From Eubacteriales bacterium (GTDB lineage Bacteria; Bacillota; Clostridia; Oscillospirales; CAG-272): DNA of 61,328 bases. The position numbers and the translations under genes are program-made. Position 1 is the first letter of the stretch, and each line of letters begins with the position of its first letter. Positions 8,061 through 17,595 of this stretch are shown here, in pieces. Under the pieces are notes generated by a model. The model was not told where the DNA came from and did no database searches. It was given only the letters and a program-made list of their open reading frames with translations. Location: the NCBI GenBank assembly GCA_045636085.1, contig JAZTWU010000122.1, forward strand, positions 1-61,328. Reading direction: 5' to 3'.

Positions 8061-10775
8061 TTATCGGTTTTTGATTCTTCCCTGCACGGTGAAGCGGTAG
8101 CTCAGCGAATAGATGCCGAAGGGCTCGCGAAAGCCCTCGCTATACACAGCGATTTGCTTTTCGATCCAGTTTTTCTCCTTTTCACGGAAGCTGAGGGTGA
8201 AATAGGGGGAGTTGTCCAGCGTGGTCGCGGAGAAATCCAGCGTGTCAAAGGCAAAGCTTGCGCCGGGAAGAAAAACGCCCTCGCGGTAGCCCGCGCGATC
8301 CGTGCCGACCTCCAAAAGCATAGAGGAGGAGGTATAGGAGCGGCATTTGACGGAGAGCGAGCCCTTCACGGTGCTTTTCGTCAGGTGCGGAATGTCACAG
8401 CAATCGCGCTTGGTTGCCAGCGCATAGCGGGGCGCGTGACGGTCGAAGTCGTAAAAGCTTTCGTGAATGCGCCGTCCGTAGTGAAGCTTGTAATTCTCCT
8501 CGTCGAAGTCGTCGCTCTCCCTGAGCGCCTCGGGGGCTTCACCGCGCTTGTCATTGTTGAAAAGGCAGAGATCTCCGCTTCCCGTTCCGAAGAAGAGAAA
8601 CTGCTCCAAGGCAAGAATGCTTTTTGCGGGGGAGAAATATCCGCCCCGTCTTTGCTCCGTGGGATAAACGAGATAGCGCCGATAGTCCCGCGTGACATAG
8701 TAAACGAGATCCTCGCCGTCACGCACGCTGTAAACGGTTTCGTTTTCCACGACCTCGTCGCGATGCTCGGTGAGAACAAAAAATCCGCTTCTCTCCTCGC
8801 CGCTGAAGCGGTAAACCGTTTCGTCGTCGCGATAAGAGCCGATGCCGTTAAGGTAATACCATTCGTAGGAAAAGCTTCCCGTGGGATGCGAATAGGTCTG
8901 GTGTGCGTCTGCAAGGTAGATGTGCTCGCCTGCGCAAACCACGAGGTAGTTCTGCCATTTTGCCAGTCGGATGCGGCTCATATCCTCTGCAAGCAGACGG
9001 GTGTTGACCGTTTGAGAGCGGCAGGTAACGCTTCTTTGCAGGGAAAGATTCTTTTTGTCCAGCGCGCAGATTCCCTCCTCGCAAACGAAAACGGGATCGT
9101 CAAAGAAGGAGAGGGAGCCTGCGGTGGCCGCAATGCCCGAATGCACATAGCTGACGGGATAGATCTTCGGCAATAGCGGAGAATCGGTGGCCTGCGGCGT
9201 ATGGTAGTAGATACTGCCGCCGCCGTCGTCACCGCTTTTGAAGACCGCAAGCGAGTCCCCTGCCGCCAGCAGGGATTTCACGGGGAAGCCCGCAATGCCA
9301 TCGTTGAAGTAGTTGAGGCTTCCGAAGTAGGTCGGATTCATTCGTCCCGTGTTGTCACGCGCCGAATAGAAAACGGTGTTCGGATAGTCGGGGTTTCCCG
9401 AAAGGAAAACGCGCCCGTCAAAAACCTCGCAAACCGTGCATCCGAGGATCGCCATAAAGCCGCCCTTGTTCTTTCCTTGGTTTTCAAAAAGAAAGTCGTT
9501 GCCCGCTTCGCTCTGATAGCCGAGCTCGTCGAAAATCTCGCCGCTGATCACGGCCTCCTTGCCAACGGTCTCCGTATAGTCGGAGAGGGTGATGTCCAGC
9601 GCGCAAATGATGCCGTCCTTCTGCACGAAGGCGGCAGACCAAGGCGTGTCACCGATGCGAAAATCCGCAATACTCTCGGTCGGCTCGTGCAGAGGAAGGC
9701 GCAGGCGCCTTTCCTTGTATTGGGAGTGCTCGTGTACCGTGGCATTCGCGGGGAAAACGGCGCGCACCGCCTCGGGAAGATCCGCCGTCAAGCCGTCGAT
9801 GTGAATATTCGCAAGTGCGTTGCAGTCGCGCAGGGCATCCTCCGCCGCGCTTTGGAGAGTGGACGGCAGATAGAGTGCGCCGAGCGTGTAGCAATCGGCC
9901 AGAACCTCGGATGCAAGCTCCGTCAGCCCTGCGGGGAGAGCCGCGGTTTTCAGCGTGGTGCATTCCGCAAAGGCGCGCGCCCCGATGTCGCAAACGCCGC
10001 TCGGCAAAACGATGGCGCGGAGCGTTCGATCCTTTTCGAAGGCCGCAGGGGCGACGGAGACAACGGTGTAGTCTATGCCGCCGATGCTTGCCGTTTTCGG
10101 AACGAAGAGCTTTTCGTCCGTGCACCGCCCGCGCCCCGCGAGGCGGCAGGTGAGATCCGCCTCGCTTTCGATCTCGAATTCAAGATCGGGGGAGGTATAG
10201 GCAAAGCGCATCGGATTTTCAAGGCTGTAAATTTCCTTGAAGCCAACGGAGAGAAGATTTCTCTGCTCCATTGGCTCTCCGTTATAAAATGTGGTTGGAA
10301 TGTAAACCCCGCTTTGCTTATATTCGTTTATCGTGACCGTTTTTCCGCTTTCATCCACGATGTGAATGTTCATTCCGTCCAGAATATAAACGGAGCTTCC
10401 GTGGCTGAAGGCCGCGCTTTGCGCAGGGTAAAGCGTGCCGATCGGACTCATAATATCGGGAAGAGAATCCCGGCTTTCGAGCGAAAAACGGTACAGATAA
10501 TGTCCTGCGTGAACGAGGATAAAGCGCCCGCGCGGCGTGGTCTGCGAAAAAATGCCGTAGATCGGATGCTCAAAGGAGCAGAGCTTTCGGAAGCCCGGAA
10601 TGCTTTCCGTGATCCCTGCGCCCTCGCCGTCATAATCGCGATACATATTTTCAAGATAAGCAAAGCGATCTGCCGCGATATTGCTTCCGTCACCCGTGAA
10701 ATCAACGCCGCGCATATCGTGATAGTGGCGGTTATATTGGCTTTTGCTCTGAATCAGATTGTTGGTGTTTTTCAT
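8061..10775 (-). CDS. large tail hub/nozzle-like protein with embedded BspA-type leucine-rich repeats
   Basis: The ATG at 10773-10775 follows AAGGAGG; the track ORF begins at a TTG 6 codons earlier. Beta-propeller-like repeats by eye. The LRR block is VVSVAPAAFEKDRTLRAIVLPSGVCDIGARAFAECTTLKTAALPAGLTELASEVLADCYTLGALYLPSTLQSAAEDALRDC. Confidence 0.6.
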   Translation of the reverse strand: MKNTNNLIQSKSQYNRHYHDMRGVDFTGDGSNIAADRFAYLENMYRDYDGEGAGITESIPGFRKLCSFEHPIYGIFSQTTPRGRFILVHAGHYLYRFSLESRDSLPDIMSPIGTLYPAQSAAFSHGSSVYILDGMNIHIVDESGKTVTINEYKQSGVYIPTTFYNGEPMEQRNLLSVGFKEIYSLENPMRFAYTSPDLEFEIESEADLTCRLAGRGRCTDEKLFVPKTASIGGIDYTVVSVAPAAFEKDRTLRAIVLPSGVCDIGARAFAECTTLKTAALPAGLTELASEVLADCYTLGALYLPSTLQSAAEDALRDCNALANIHIDGLTADLPEAVRAVFPANATVHEHSQYKERRLRLPLHEPTESIADFRIGDTPWSAAFVQKDGIICALDITLSDYTETVGKEAVISGEIFDELGYQSEAGNDFLFENQGKNKGGFMAILGCTVCEVFDGRVFLSGNPDYPNTVFYSARDNTGRMNPTYFGSLNYFNDGIAGFPVKSLLAAGDSLAVFKSGDDGGGSIYYHTPQATDSPLLPKIYPVSYVHSGIAATAGSLSFFDDPVFVCEEGICALDKKNLSLQRSVTCRSQTVNTRLLAEDMSRIRLAKWQNYLVVCAGEHIYLADAHQTYSHPTGSFSYEWYYLNGIGSYRDDETVYRFSGEERSGFFVLTEHRDEVVENETVYSVRDGEDLVYYVTRDYRRYLVYPTEQRRGGYFSPAKSILALEQFLFFGTGSGDLCLFNNDKRGEAPEALRESDDFDEENYKLHYGRRIHESFYDFDRHAPRYALATKRDCCDIPHLTKSTVKGSLSVKCRSYTSSSMLLEVGTDRAGYREGVFLPGASFAFDTLDFSATTLDNSPYFTLSFREKEKNWIEKQIAVYSEGFREPFGIYSLSYRFTVQGRIKNR

Positions 10776-10783
10776 AGGCCTCC

Positions 10784-11626
10784 TTATGCCCAATGATGCG
10801 TGTCAACGATTCCGTCCTCCGCATAGGAGGGGCGGCTGAGACGGATGTCACGCACGCCCTCCATATACATTTGCAGGTAAAACTGCGCCTTCGCCGCATC
10901 GTCGTCCAGCCAGAGATAGGAGGCGGTCAGCAGAGGGAGAAGGTGCGAGAAGGTCGGAGCCATATCGATCGGCGCATCGGGAGAATTTGGATTGATGGCG
11001 CGGGGCAGGCGGCGGTAGGTGAGATGAATCTCGCCCTCGTATTCGCGGGGAATGAAGAAGGTTTCATCGCGAAAATATGCGCCGGGGATCGTGGCGCCCC
11101 CCGCATCGCGGGGGAGCGCCGTAAAGCCGTAAAAGTCCGCCGTCAGCTCTCGCATCGGGTAGGTCTGATAAGGGCGCAGGACGGGAATGTCTTTCTCGGA
11201 GGTGCCGTAGGTGAAGGGAAAGCAGGCGATATCCTTCAGCTGATAGGAAAACTGCCCGCTGAGGATCAACTCGCCCTCCTTATCGGGCAAAAAGCGGCAG
11301 AATTCCATATAAGGCGATTCAAAGAAAAAGGGGGTAACTCTGTGGCGCTCCTTGAGCGTGAAATGGCCTGCCCCCGAAAACTTCATACTGAAGGAGGTTC
11401 CGTGCAGAGGGATGGTGACATCCTCTCCCGGCGTATAAATCACCTCCTCGATCAGAGACGAGGGCTGAATCGCGCGCTGCAGGAGCGTGAGCGTTTCATA
11501 GGAGGGGGAAAGGGCGCTGAGGCTTCGCAGAGCGCGGTTGGCGCAATGAAGCAGGGCGGATTTGTTTTCAATCTCGCTCTCAAAGCCGAGCGCCGCCACC
11601 TCCGAGGTCAATTCGGTATAGGTCAT
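10784..11626 (-). CDS. hypothetical protein in the head-tail adaptor position
   Basis: 280 aa, lying directly after the capsid gene. No motif recognised; the role is inferred from position only. Confidence 0.45.
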   Translation of the reverse strand: MTYTELTSEVAALGFESEIENKSALLHCANRALRSLSALSPSYETLTLLQRAIQPSSLIEEVIYTPGEDVTIPLHGTSFSMKFSGAGHFTLKERHRVTPFFFESPYMEFCRFLPDKEGELILSGQFSYQLKDIACFPFTYGTSEKDIPVLRPYQTYPMRELTADFYGFTALPRDAGGATIPGAYFRDETFFIPREYEGEIHLTYRRLPRAINPNSPDAPIDMAPTFSHLLPLLTASYLWLDDDAAKAQFYLQMYMEGVRDIRLSRPSYAEDGIVDTHHWA

Positions 11627-11633
11627 CGCGGCA

Positions 11634-12686
11634 TCAGAGCGCGGTTGCGTTCGCTACGGCGCTTGCCGAATCCACGGCGAGAAGAATGTGCTTGTAGCTT
11701 CCGAAGCCAACGCCGAAGCGGCAGCGTCCCGCCCAAAGGTAGTTGCCCGTGTGATGGTCAACCCAGTTGGAAACCGAGAGGGGAACGCGGTTGAAGAACA
11801 TATTGCCCGAGAGGTTCTTGTTTGCCTCGGAGGACATGATCATCACGCGGTCGTCCGTGGTCTGCCAGCCGGGAAGAATCACGATGTTCCAGTTGCCGAA
11901 CTGCAGGTTGATATCGTTGTAGCCGTTGCCGAGAGCACCCTCGGAGCCGCAAACCTTCTTTGCAATCATTTCGGCCGCAGGGCGGTTGCCGGGAAGGATC
12001 AGGGTGTCGGCCGTGTAGCCGAGGCTCTCGCCGTTTTCGTCCTTCATATTGCGAAGCTTCACGGAAAGCTCGGAGAGCGCCTGCTCAAAGGCCGCCGTCG
12101 AGAGCTTTCGGTCCGCGCCGGAGGCGAAAATATCGCCCCAGAAGAAATTGGACTGCGTGCCCGTATCCGTGCCGTACTTGTGCGCGGCGGAGAAGAGGGG
12201 AAGGTTGTCCGGTGCGGTCAGATCCAGCGTTGCACCGGAGAAGGCGCCGCTTGCCGCAGTTCCGCTTGCCAGCGCGTATTCGCAGATCTTGTGCATCGTC
12301 TTGTAGTAAGCACGGGTGAAGTTTTCCGCGCGGCGCTTGGCATCGGCGGCAACGCCGTAGCCCGCATCCTCCATCATTTCGGCGGTGATGACGAATTCCT
12401 TCATAAACTGAATGTGCTCGATAAACTTGCGGTAGGTCTCCGTCACGGTATCGCGCTGTGCGCCGTCTCCCTCGGGGGTAGCGGCAAAGACGTCGAATTC
12501 GTTCTGGCCAACGATGGTTTCGCCGAAGCGAGCGCTGCTCTCAACGTTGAAGAGCCAATCGCGGATGCCTCCCTTCTTGGTCAGAATATCGCTCTCGTGC
12601 TCGATCACCATCTTGATGGGAGTTTCGAGCTTTCCAATGGCGGCGTTGTTGGTGCCGACGGATTTGGAGTAAATAATAGTAGACAT
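11634..12686 (-). CDS. major capsid protein (presumed HK97 fold)
   Basis: 350 aa, following the scaffold-like gene and preceding the tail genes. Size, composition and position are typical of a capsid protein. No HMM search was run. Confidence 0.65.
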   Translation of the reverse strand: MSTIIYSKSVGTNNAAIGKLETPIKMVIEHESDILTKKGGIRDWLFNVESSARFGETIVGQNEFDVFAATPEGDGAQRDTVTETYRKFIEHIQFMKEFVITAEMMEDAGYGVAADAKRRAENFTRAYYKTMHKICEYALASGTAASGAFSGATLDLTAPDNLPLFSAAHKYGTDTGTQSNFFWGDIFASGADRKLSTAAFEQALSELSVKLRNMKDENGESLGYTADTLILPGNRPAAEMIAKKVCGSEGALGNGYNDINLQFGNWNIVILPGWQTTDDRVMIMSSEANKNLSGNMFFNRVPLSVSNWVDHHTGNYLWAGRCRFGVGFGSYKHILLAVDSASAVANATAL

Positions 12687-12707
12687 TTTGAAGCAAAAAT
12701 CCTTTCT

Positions 12708-13202
12708 TTAATTGGTTACCTTTTTGAATAAACGGTGGATCTGCGCATCGTCGAGATCCGAGAATAAGCGTCTGGCCTCCGCCATTTCCTCCGCAGAGAG
12801 CGTGGTGGAGCCAAGCGCTCCTATGCGCGGAACGGCGCTTTGCAGATGGGCGCGGTTGTCGCTTCTTTTGCGAGGCGCACCGCCCGTGGCAAGATAAGCC
12901 TCTGCGGGACTGAGGCCGAGCTCTCGCAGCTCGGCATAGCGCACGGGGTTGGGAAGTGCGCCGAGCGATGCAAGCCCCGCGAGAGCGGGAAACTGCGCCT
13001 TCAGCGCCGCAAGATCCTCTTTTGCGATTTTTTCGTAATCCTCCGCGGCGAGTGCGGCTTCCTCCGCCTCTGTTTCGAGGATTTCCTCGGAAGGCGCCGC
13101 GGTTTCCTCGGAGAAGGTCTCCGCTTCGCCTTCAATCTTCAGTTCTGCGGCGGCGAGGGGCTCGTCCGCTCTTTCGCCGTTTTCAAGAAGCGTCTCGTCC
13201 AT
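12708..13202 (-). CDS. scaffolding protein (acidic, helical)
   Basis: 164 aa, Glu/Ala-rich (EAEEAALAAEDYEKIAKEDLAALKAQF), immediately upstream of the capsid gene. Confidence 0.55.
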   Translation of the reverse strand: MDETLLENGERADEPLAAAELKIEGEAETFSEETAAPSEEILETEAEEAALAAEDYEKIAKEDLAALKAQFPALAGLASLGALPNPVRYAELRELGLSPAEAYLATGGAPRKRSDNRAHLQSAVPRIGALGSTTLSAEEMAEARRLFSDLDDAQIHRLFKKVTN

Positions 13203-13205
13203 AGA

Positions 13206-13343
13206 TCAGCCCTTCTTTCTCTTGGAGCGCAGATCGTCTCCCACGGTCTTGGTTACGCGGGGCTCGCCTGCGGTGATATTGTTCGGGGCACAGATCCTTC
13301 CGCCCTTGTTGGTTGCATAGGTGGATTGTCTTTCCTTTTTCAT
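13206..13343 (-). CDS. small basic protein (45 aa), absent from the ORF track
   Basis: My translation is MKKERQSTYATNKGGRICAPNNITAGEPRVTKTVGDDLRSKRKKG. AAAGGAA lies 5 nt upstream of the ATG at 13341-13343. It fills the gap between two operon genes. Confidence 0.35.
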   Translation of the reverse strand: MKKERQSTYATNKGGRICAPNNITAGEPRVTKTVGDDLRSKRKKG

Positions 13344-13367
13344 AGCAGTTCCTTTCATTCGTAAAAA

Positions 13368-14018
13368 TTAATTCGTTTTGTCAAAGATTTGAGGCACGGT
13401 GGTTCCTCCGATTACCTGCGCGTATTTGCCGAAGCGCTCGACCTCCTCCTCCGAGAAGCCAAGGGAGCGCGCATAGCCCTCCACTCGAACTCTCGAAAGC
13501 CTTTGCTCAAGGATCATTTCAAGCAGGCGCGAGGCGGCTCTCTGCTTTGCCGCGACAACGCCGAGCTCGGCGGCAACCCTTGCGTTTTCCTCCGTCAGGC
13601 CTCCTGCGATCGCCTTGTTAAAGGCGCTTTCAAGATCAAAGCTTCCGTCACTTTCAATGCTGTCGATCATTTGCATGCGAAGGCGATCCTGCCTGTCCTC
13701 GTGCGAGGTCAGGTATTTTGCATAGCCCGCAAGGTTTTTCTCCTTCACGGCGGCATTGTCCGATGCGTATTTCTGCTTTGCGGCGGAGAAGCTGCGATCG
13801 GCCTCGTTGGCAAGAAAACGCGCGTAGCCGCTGCTCTGCAAGCCCCTTTCGGAGAGCCATTCCGCATTTTTGCCGTAGGTCGGTGCGCTTTTTGCGCGTG
13901 CGGTTGCCGCCGCATCGGGCGTCACGGTGTTCGTATTTGCCGTTCCGTGCTTGCGGATCCAGGCGGCAAAGCTGCTCGGCTCGTTTTCCTTCTTCTTTTT
14001 CGTGAGCAAATCCGTCAT
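13368..14018 (-). CDS. hypothetical head-associated protein
   Basis: 216 aa. Its ATG overlaps the portal stop (ATGA at 14015-14018). No family recognised. Confidence 0.5.
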   Translation of the reverse strand: MTDLLTKKKKENEPSSFAAWIRKHGTANTNTVTPDAAATARAKSAPTYGKNAEWLSERGLQSSGYARFLANEADRSFSAAKQKYASDNAAVKEKNLAGYAKYLTSHEDRQDRLRMQMIDSIESDGSFDLESAFNKAIAGGLTEENARVAAELGVVAAKQRAASRLLEMILEQRLSRVRVEGYARSLGFSEEEVERFGKYAQVIGGTTVPQIFDKTN

Positions 14019-15784
14019 CCGATCACCTCCTCACCGATATCTCGTTGCATTGCTTCCTCTCGCACGGCACCACGGAAATATTCCACATTCTCCCTTGCGT
14101 ACGGGTAATGTGCGCGCTCCTGACTTTGCCAGTAGCGCAGAAGGGTGGCACTCCTCGAAGGATCGCCCAGCGCGCCACTACGCAGATTTTCCAGATTCTT
14201 TTGCCAAAGAACCTCTCTTTGCGCCTCTGCGCCTCCGTTAAGATCCACGGAAAAGAGAAAATCGTCGTCGTAATAAAGCGTGCCGCTTCCCTCGTCGCAG
14301 AGAATGAAGTCGTAGCGGTTGAAGGTCGCGTTGTGCATACGGCCGAAGGCATCGGTATAAGAGATCTGCCTCGGCTCGTCCGCAAAGGAAAGATGATGCT
14401 CAAAGATCAGTCGGTCGATCTCGGCATAGGCCGTGTATTTCATCTTGCGCTTGGATTCGAGGCGCCCCGAGGCCTGCGAGATCTGCAGGCTTCTTGCATA
14501 GCCGGATTCGTTTCGGCTGTTGTCAATGCCGACGAGCGCATCGGAAATACCGAGAATGCGCTTGGCCTGATCGTAAAGGCGGGTGGCCTCCGCGATGTCC
14601 TGTGAAATGTCGGGGGTGGTATCCACCTTGCCGTATTGCGCCGCGCTTTCGCCGGGCTTCATCTTGATCATCTGGCCGAAAACCGAGTTGTTGAGGGTGA
14701 TGGTGGCATCCTCGGGAACCACGGGGGTAACGCCGGCGCGCAGAAGCTTTTGCAGAATGCGGGATTCGATCTTGTTGATCGCCTGCTGCTGCGGGCGGAT
14801 GATCTCGCAGTCCGAGGCGCCGAAAAGGCTTCCCTCCAGCGAGGTGTTTCTTCGGATCACGATGGGGAAGCGCTTGGGCGTATAATAGGGAACGCTGATG
14901 CCTCCGTCCTCCTGCTCCGAGGGGGAAAAGATTTTCGTTCCGTCCGAAAGCTCTGTGACTTGCAGATGCTCCTCGCTCTGGTTTTGCAGAGTGAACTGCG
15001 GATGCTCGCAAAGGCAGTTTTGCTCCTCGCTGTGGCAAGCGGAGCAGAATCTCCGCTTTCTGGCGTAGTAATCGGGAATGTCTGTCAGCGTAAGCTCGCC
15101 CGAAAATGCGTATTCACCGATTCTGCCGTCCGTGTCGCGATAAAAGCAAAGGATCACGGTTGCGCCCTCCTCCGCCTCTCCCTCGTAGGTCTCGCTGTCC
15201 CATTCTCTTTCGGCCAGAGAAAGCGCCTCCGCCGAAACACCCCATTTGCGCATAAGCTCGGCCTTCGTCGTGTCAAAGCGCAAAAAGCAGTAGTCCATAT
15301 CCTCAATGGTACGCGCGCCCGGCTGAGGGATGAAGTCCTTCGGGGAAAGGCAATGCACGGAAACGCCGCCGATGCGGTTGCCAAGCCCCTCGTGGCTATC
15401 CCATTCCACGAACCAGACGCTTCCGCCGTATATGTAGCTGTATCGCTCGTCGAGGTCGTTCATTTGCTCGTAGGGGAGCTTTTCGCGCACCGCGGAAAGC
15501 AGGCGCTCCACGCTCTGCGCAAGGCGAAGCTTCTTTTCGCTGTAAGCCGTCGGATCCACCTTCGGGGGCGGGATGTGGGAGGAGACCTGACTCTCGATCA
15601 TCTCGTAGGTGATGTTGCGCACGGTCAGCGCCTTCTCGGTGGAGCCGTCGATCTCGGTCGTTCCGCGATATTGCCGCATATGGCGGTCAAAGAGCGTGCG
15701 CCCCTCTGCGGCCGCATTCCTGCTCTTTTGGTAAAGCGAGGAAAAATAAGCGAGCCGCTCGGATTTTGTTTTGTTTTGTGTCAT
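14015..15784 (-). CDS. portal protein
   Basis: Starts MTQNKTKSERLAYFSSLYQK at the ATG 15782-15784, overlapping the terL stop. 589 aa, directly after the large terminase. The first ~200 codons of track ORF 14015..16387 are an out-of-frame overlap with terL. Confidence 0.8.
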   Translation of the reverse strand: MTQNKTKSERLAYFSSLYQKSRNAAAEGRTLFDRHMRQYRGTTEIDGSTEKALTVRNITYEMIESQVSSHIPPPKVDPTAYSEKKLRLAQSVERLLSAVREKLPYEQMNDLDERYSYIYGGSVWFVEWDSHEGLGNRIGGVSVHCLSPKDFIPQPGARTIEDMDYCFLRFDTTKAELMRKWGVSAEALSLAEREWDSETYEGEAEEGATVILCFYRDTDGRIGEYAFSGELTLTDIPDYYARKRRFCSACHSEEQNCLCEHPQFTLQNQSEEHLQVTELSDGTKIFSPSEQEDGGISVPYYTPKRFPIVIRRNTSLEGSLFGASDCEIIRPQQQAINKIESRILQKLLRAGVTPVVPEDATITLNNSVFGQMIKMKPGESAAQYGKVDTTPDISQDIAEATRLYDQAKRILGISDALVGIDNSRNESGYARSLQISQASGRLESKRKMKYTAYAEIDRLIFEHHLSFADEPRQISYTDAFGRMHNATFNRYDFILCDEGSGTLYYDDDFLFSVDLNGGAEAQREVLWQKNLENLRSGALGDPSRSATLLRYWQSQERAHYPYARENVEYFRGAVREEAMQRDIGEEVIG

Positions 15785-17145
15785 AAGGGTTCTCCGTATT
15801 TGCGTTTTAGATATTGCCTTCCTTCCTCGTCGGCGGCGAAATAGTCCTCCCACATATCGGCGCTCCAGGGCCGTCCGTGCCGCTCCGTGGGGACGGGGGC
15901 GGGGCGGGTGAAATAAACGGCGAAGCCGCGCAGAGCATCGGGGGCATGCGTAATATCGTGCGGCTCGGTGGCGCAGTCGCTGGGGCGGTGCTTGTCTATT
16001 TGCAGGGCGGGAAGGCAACGGATCAGCTCGGTGCAGTGCGAAAAAATGGAGAGCATCGGGGCGCCGTCCTTTTCCCTCAGAAGCTCCTTCAGGCAGAGCC
16101 AGCCGGCCTCGCGGTTGTTGGAGCTCTTCGTGAAGGGAATGCCATAGGAGGCAAAAAGGGTGGCCTTGCTTTTTCCGCTTTCCTGACTGCGGCTGAAAAG
16201 ATCGGGGGGCGCGAGCGTTGCATAGATCTGCTCGTGCGGCGGCGTGTGCGATAGAATTTCGGCGGCCGCCTCGCCGATGGGGAGATCCGAGATGCAAAGC
16301 TCTCGGTAAACGTAGGCTCGTCCCTCCGGGCTCACGGCGATCCATAGGCAGGCGAGACGGTCCAGCCCATAATCCACCGTGCGCCATTTTCTCCAGCCGC
16401 TCGGAATTTCGAAGGGTGCACAGGTATGCTTTGCCGCTGAAAATTCGGAAAAATACTGCCCGTCGAAAATATTCCAGTCGCCATAGAGGAGCGCCTTTTG
16501 CTCCTTTTCGGGAAGCGAGAGAAGCCGCTTTTTATAGTCGGGATCTCCTTCGCTGAGAAAGCGGTTGTCCGAAAGAAGAGAGGGGAGAAAGATCCGCGAG
16601 AGCCCGTCCGATCCCGAGAAGGGGGTCTCGGGAGGCGAGGGGTCAACGAAGCGCGCCTTCACCCATCCGTGCCCGATCCCGCCGGGATTGGTGGAGGACT
16701 TGATCTGCTTCGGAAAGGCGTTTGCCCCGCGAACGCGTGAGATGAGATACAGATACTGTGCCTCGGTGAAATGCGTCAGCTCGTCGAAGCGAACGATATC
16801 GTATTCCGCGCTCTGGTATTGGTAAACGTCGTTTTCTGCCGCGCAGTAGCCAAAGTCGATGCAGGAGCCGTTTTTGAATCGGCCGAGGTGGGCGGTCGAA
16901 TTGAAACGGTAGATCTCCCTTGGGAAAAGCGCCAGTGAGGTGCGGATCAGGGATTTTTCCAGCTCTGCAAAGCTTCTTCGGAGAATCAGCTGCTTGGAGC
17001 CGGGATAGAGGAGCGCCGTTGTCAGCGCATCCACAAGCTGGCCATAGGACTTGCCGCCGCCCGCCGCGCCGCCGAATAAAACCTCGGTTGCGGTGGCATC
17101 CATAAAGGCCTTCTGCTTTTTTGTGAGCGTGAGATGCAGCTTCAA
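15781..17145 (-). CDS. terminase large subunit
   Basis: Walker A GGAAGGGKS near the N-terminus and a C-terminal nuclease-type region. TTG start at 17143-17145 with GGAGG 7 nt upstream, overlapping the terS stop. Confidence 0.85.
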   Translation of the reverse strand: MKLHLTLTKKQKAFMDATATEVLFGGAAGGGKSYGQLVDALTTALLYPGSKQLILRRSFAELEKSLIRTSLALFPREIYRFNSTAHLGRFKNGSCIDFGYCAAENDVYQYQSAEYDIVRFDELTHFTEAQYLYLISRVRGANAFPKQIKSSTNPGGIGHGWVKARFVDPSPPETPFSGSDGLSRIFLPSLLSDNRFLSEGDPDYKKRLLSLPEKEQKALLYGDWNIFDGQYFSEFSAAKHTCAPFEIPSGWRKWRTVDYGLDRLACLWIAVSPEGRAYVYRELCISDLPIGEAAAEILSHTPPHEQIYATLAPPDLFSRSQESGKSKATLFASYGIPFTKSSNNREAGWLCLKELLREKDGAPMLSIFSHCTELIRCLPALQIDKHRPSDCATEPHDITHAPDALRGFAVYFTRPAPVPTERHGRPWSADMWEDYFAADEEGRQYLKRKYGEPL

Positions 17146-17477
17146 GAGAGCACCTCCAGCGTCACCGAAAGAGAGGAATCCTCCCCGTCCTGTCCGTTTT
17201 CGCTCTCGTCATCCAGAAGGTACTTGACGAAGGAGGCGTCAAACCGCTTTGTCAGTGCTCGGTCAATCAGGTAATCCCTGCGGATTTCACCGCATTCGCG
17301 GATGGCGCGCTCAAAGTCCTTGTGCCCTTTGAAGGCGAGAAGCTGTTCGGTTGTGTATCCCTGCGATCGGGCGAATTTGTGAAGGCTGGGGGCGCTCTTC
17401 TCATCGTCGTAGCAGGCGAAAAAGCTATATAGCCGTCTCGGAAGATCGCGCTCGTAGGCGCGCTTTTTCGTTTTCAA
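17142..17477 (-). CDS. terminase small subunit (start uncertain: TTG 17477 with strong RBS, or GTG 17525)
   Basis: Basic N-terminus, an HTH-like core (SLHKFARSQGYTTEQLLAF) and an acidic tail. AAAGGAGAA lies 7 nt upstream of the TTG at 17475-17477. Confidence 0.65.
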   Translation of the reverse strand: MKTKKRAYERDLPRRLYSFFACYDDEKSAPSLHKFARSQGYTTEQLLAFKGHKDFERAIRECGEIRRDYLIDRALTKRFDASFVKYLLDDESENGQDGEDSSLSVTLEVLS

Positions 17478-17527
17478 GGAGGTTCTCCTTTCTTTCGTTT
17501 TTCGAGAGCTTTGCCTCTCGTGCACTT

Positions 17528-17586
17528 AGTATACCAAAGAATTTTTTTTCCGTAAGTATAGTGCATTTCCAAAAATCACCTATCAA
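17528..17586 (-). promoter_or_regulatory. candidate promoters of the phage-like operon
   Basis: On the minus strand, TTGATA (17581-17586) is followed by CACTAT at 17 nt or TATACT (17555-17560) at 20 nt. A second, extended -10 TGgTATACT lies at 17528-17536. Confidence 0.4.
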
Positions 17587-17595
17587 GTGACTTTT
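17571..17595. promoter_or_regulatory. palindromic operator copy A: AAAAATCAC-CTATCAA-GTGACTTTT
   Basis: Both 9-nt half-sites and the 7-nt spacing are identical to the site at 54552-54576. The flanking tcc and the downstream tttgtg are also shared. Confidence 0.6.

Noticed and set aside
15785-16387. The N-terminal ~200 codons of track ORF 14015..16387, which would give a 790-aa portal.
   Set aside because: This part overlaps terL in another frame and is Arg/Pro/Ala-rich low-complexity sequence. The portal starts at the ATG 15782-15784, in an ATGA overlap with the terL stop.
17527-17536. The shared tagtatac string at 17527 and 54492 as additional evidence for homology between the two regulatory regions.
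   Set aside because: It is the reverse complement of a TATACT -10 hexamer. This hexamer recurs at other promoters in the window (for example 43966-43971), so it carries little weight on its own.
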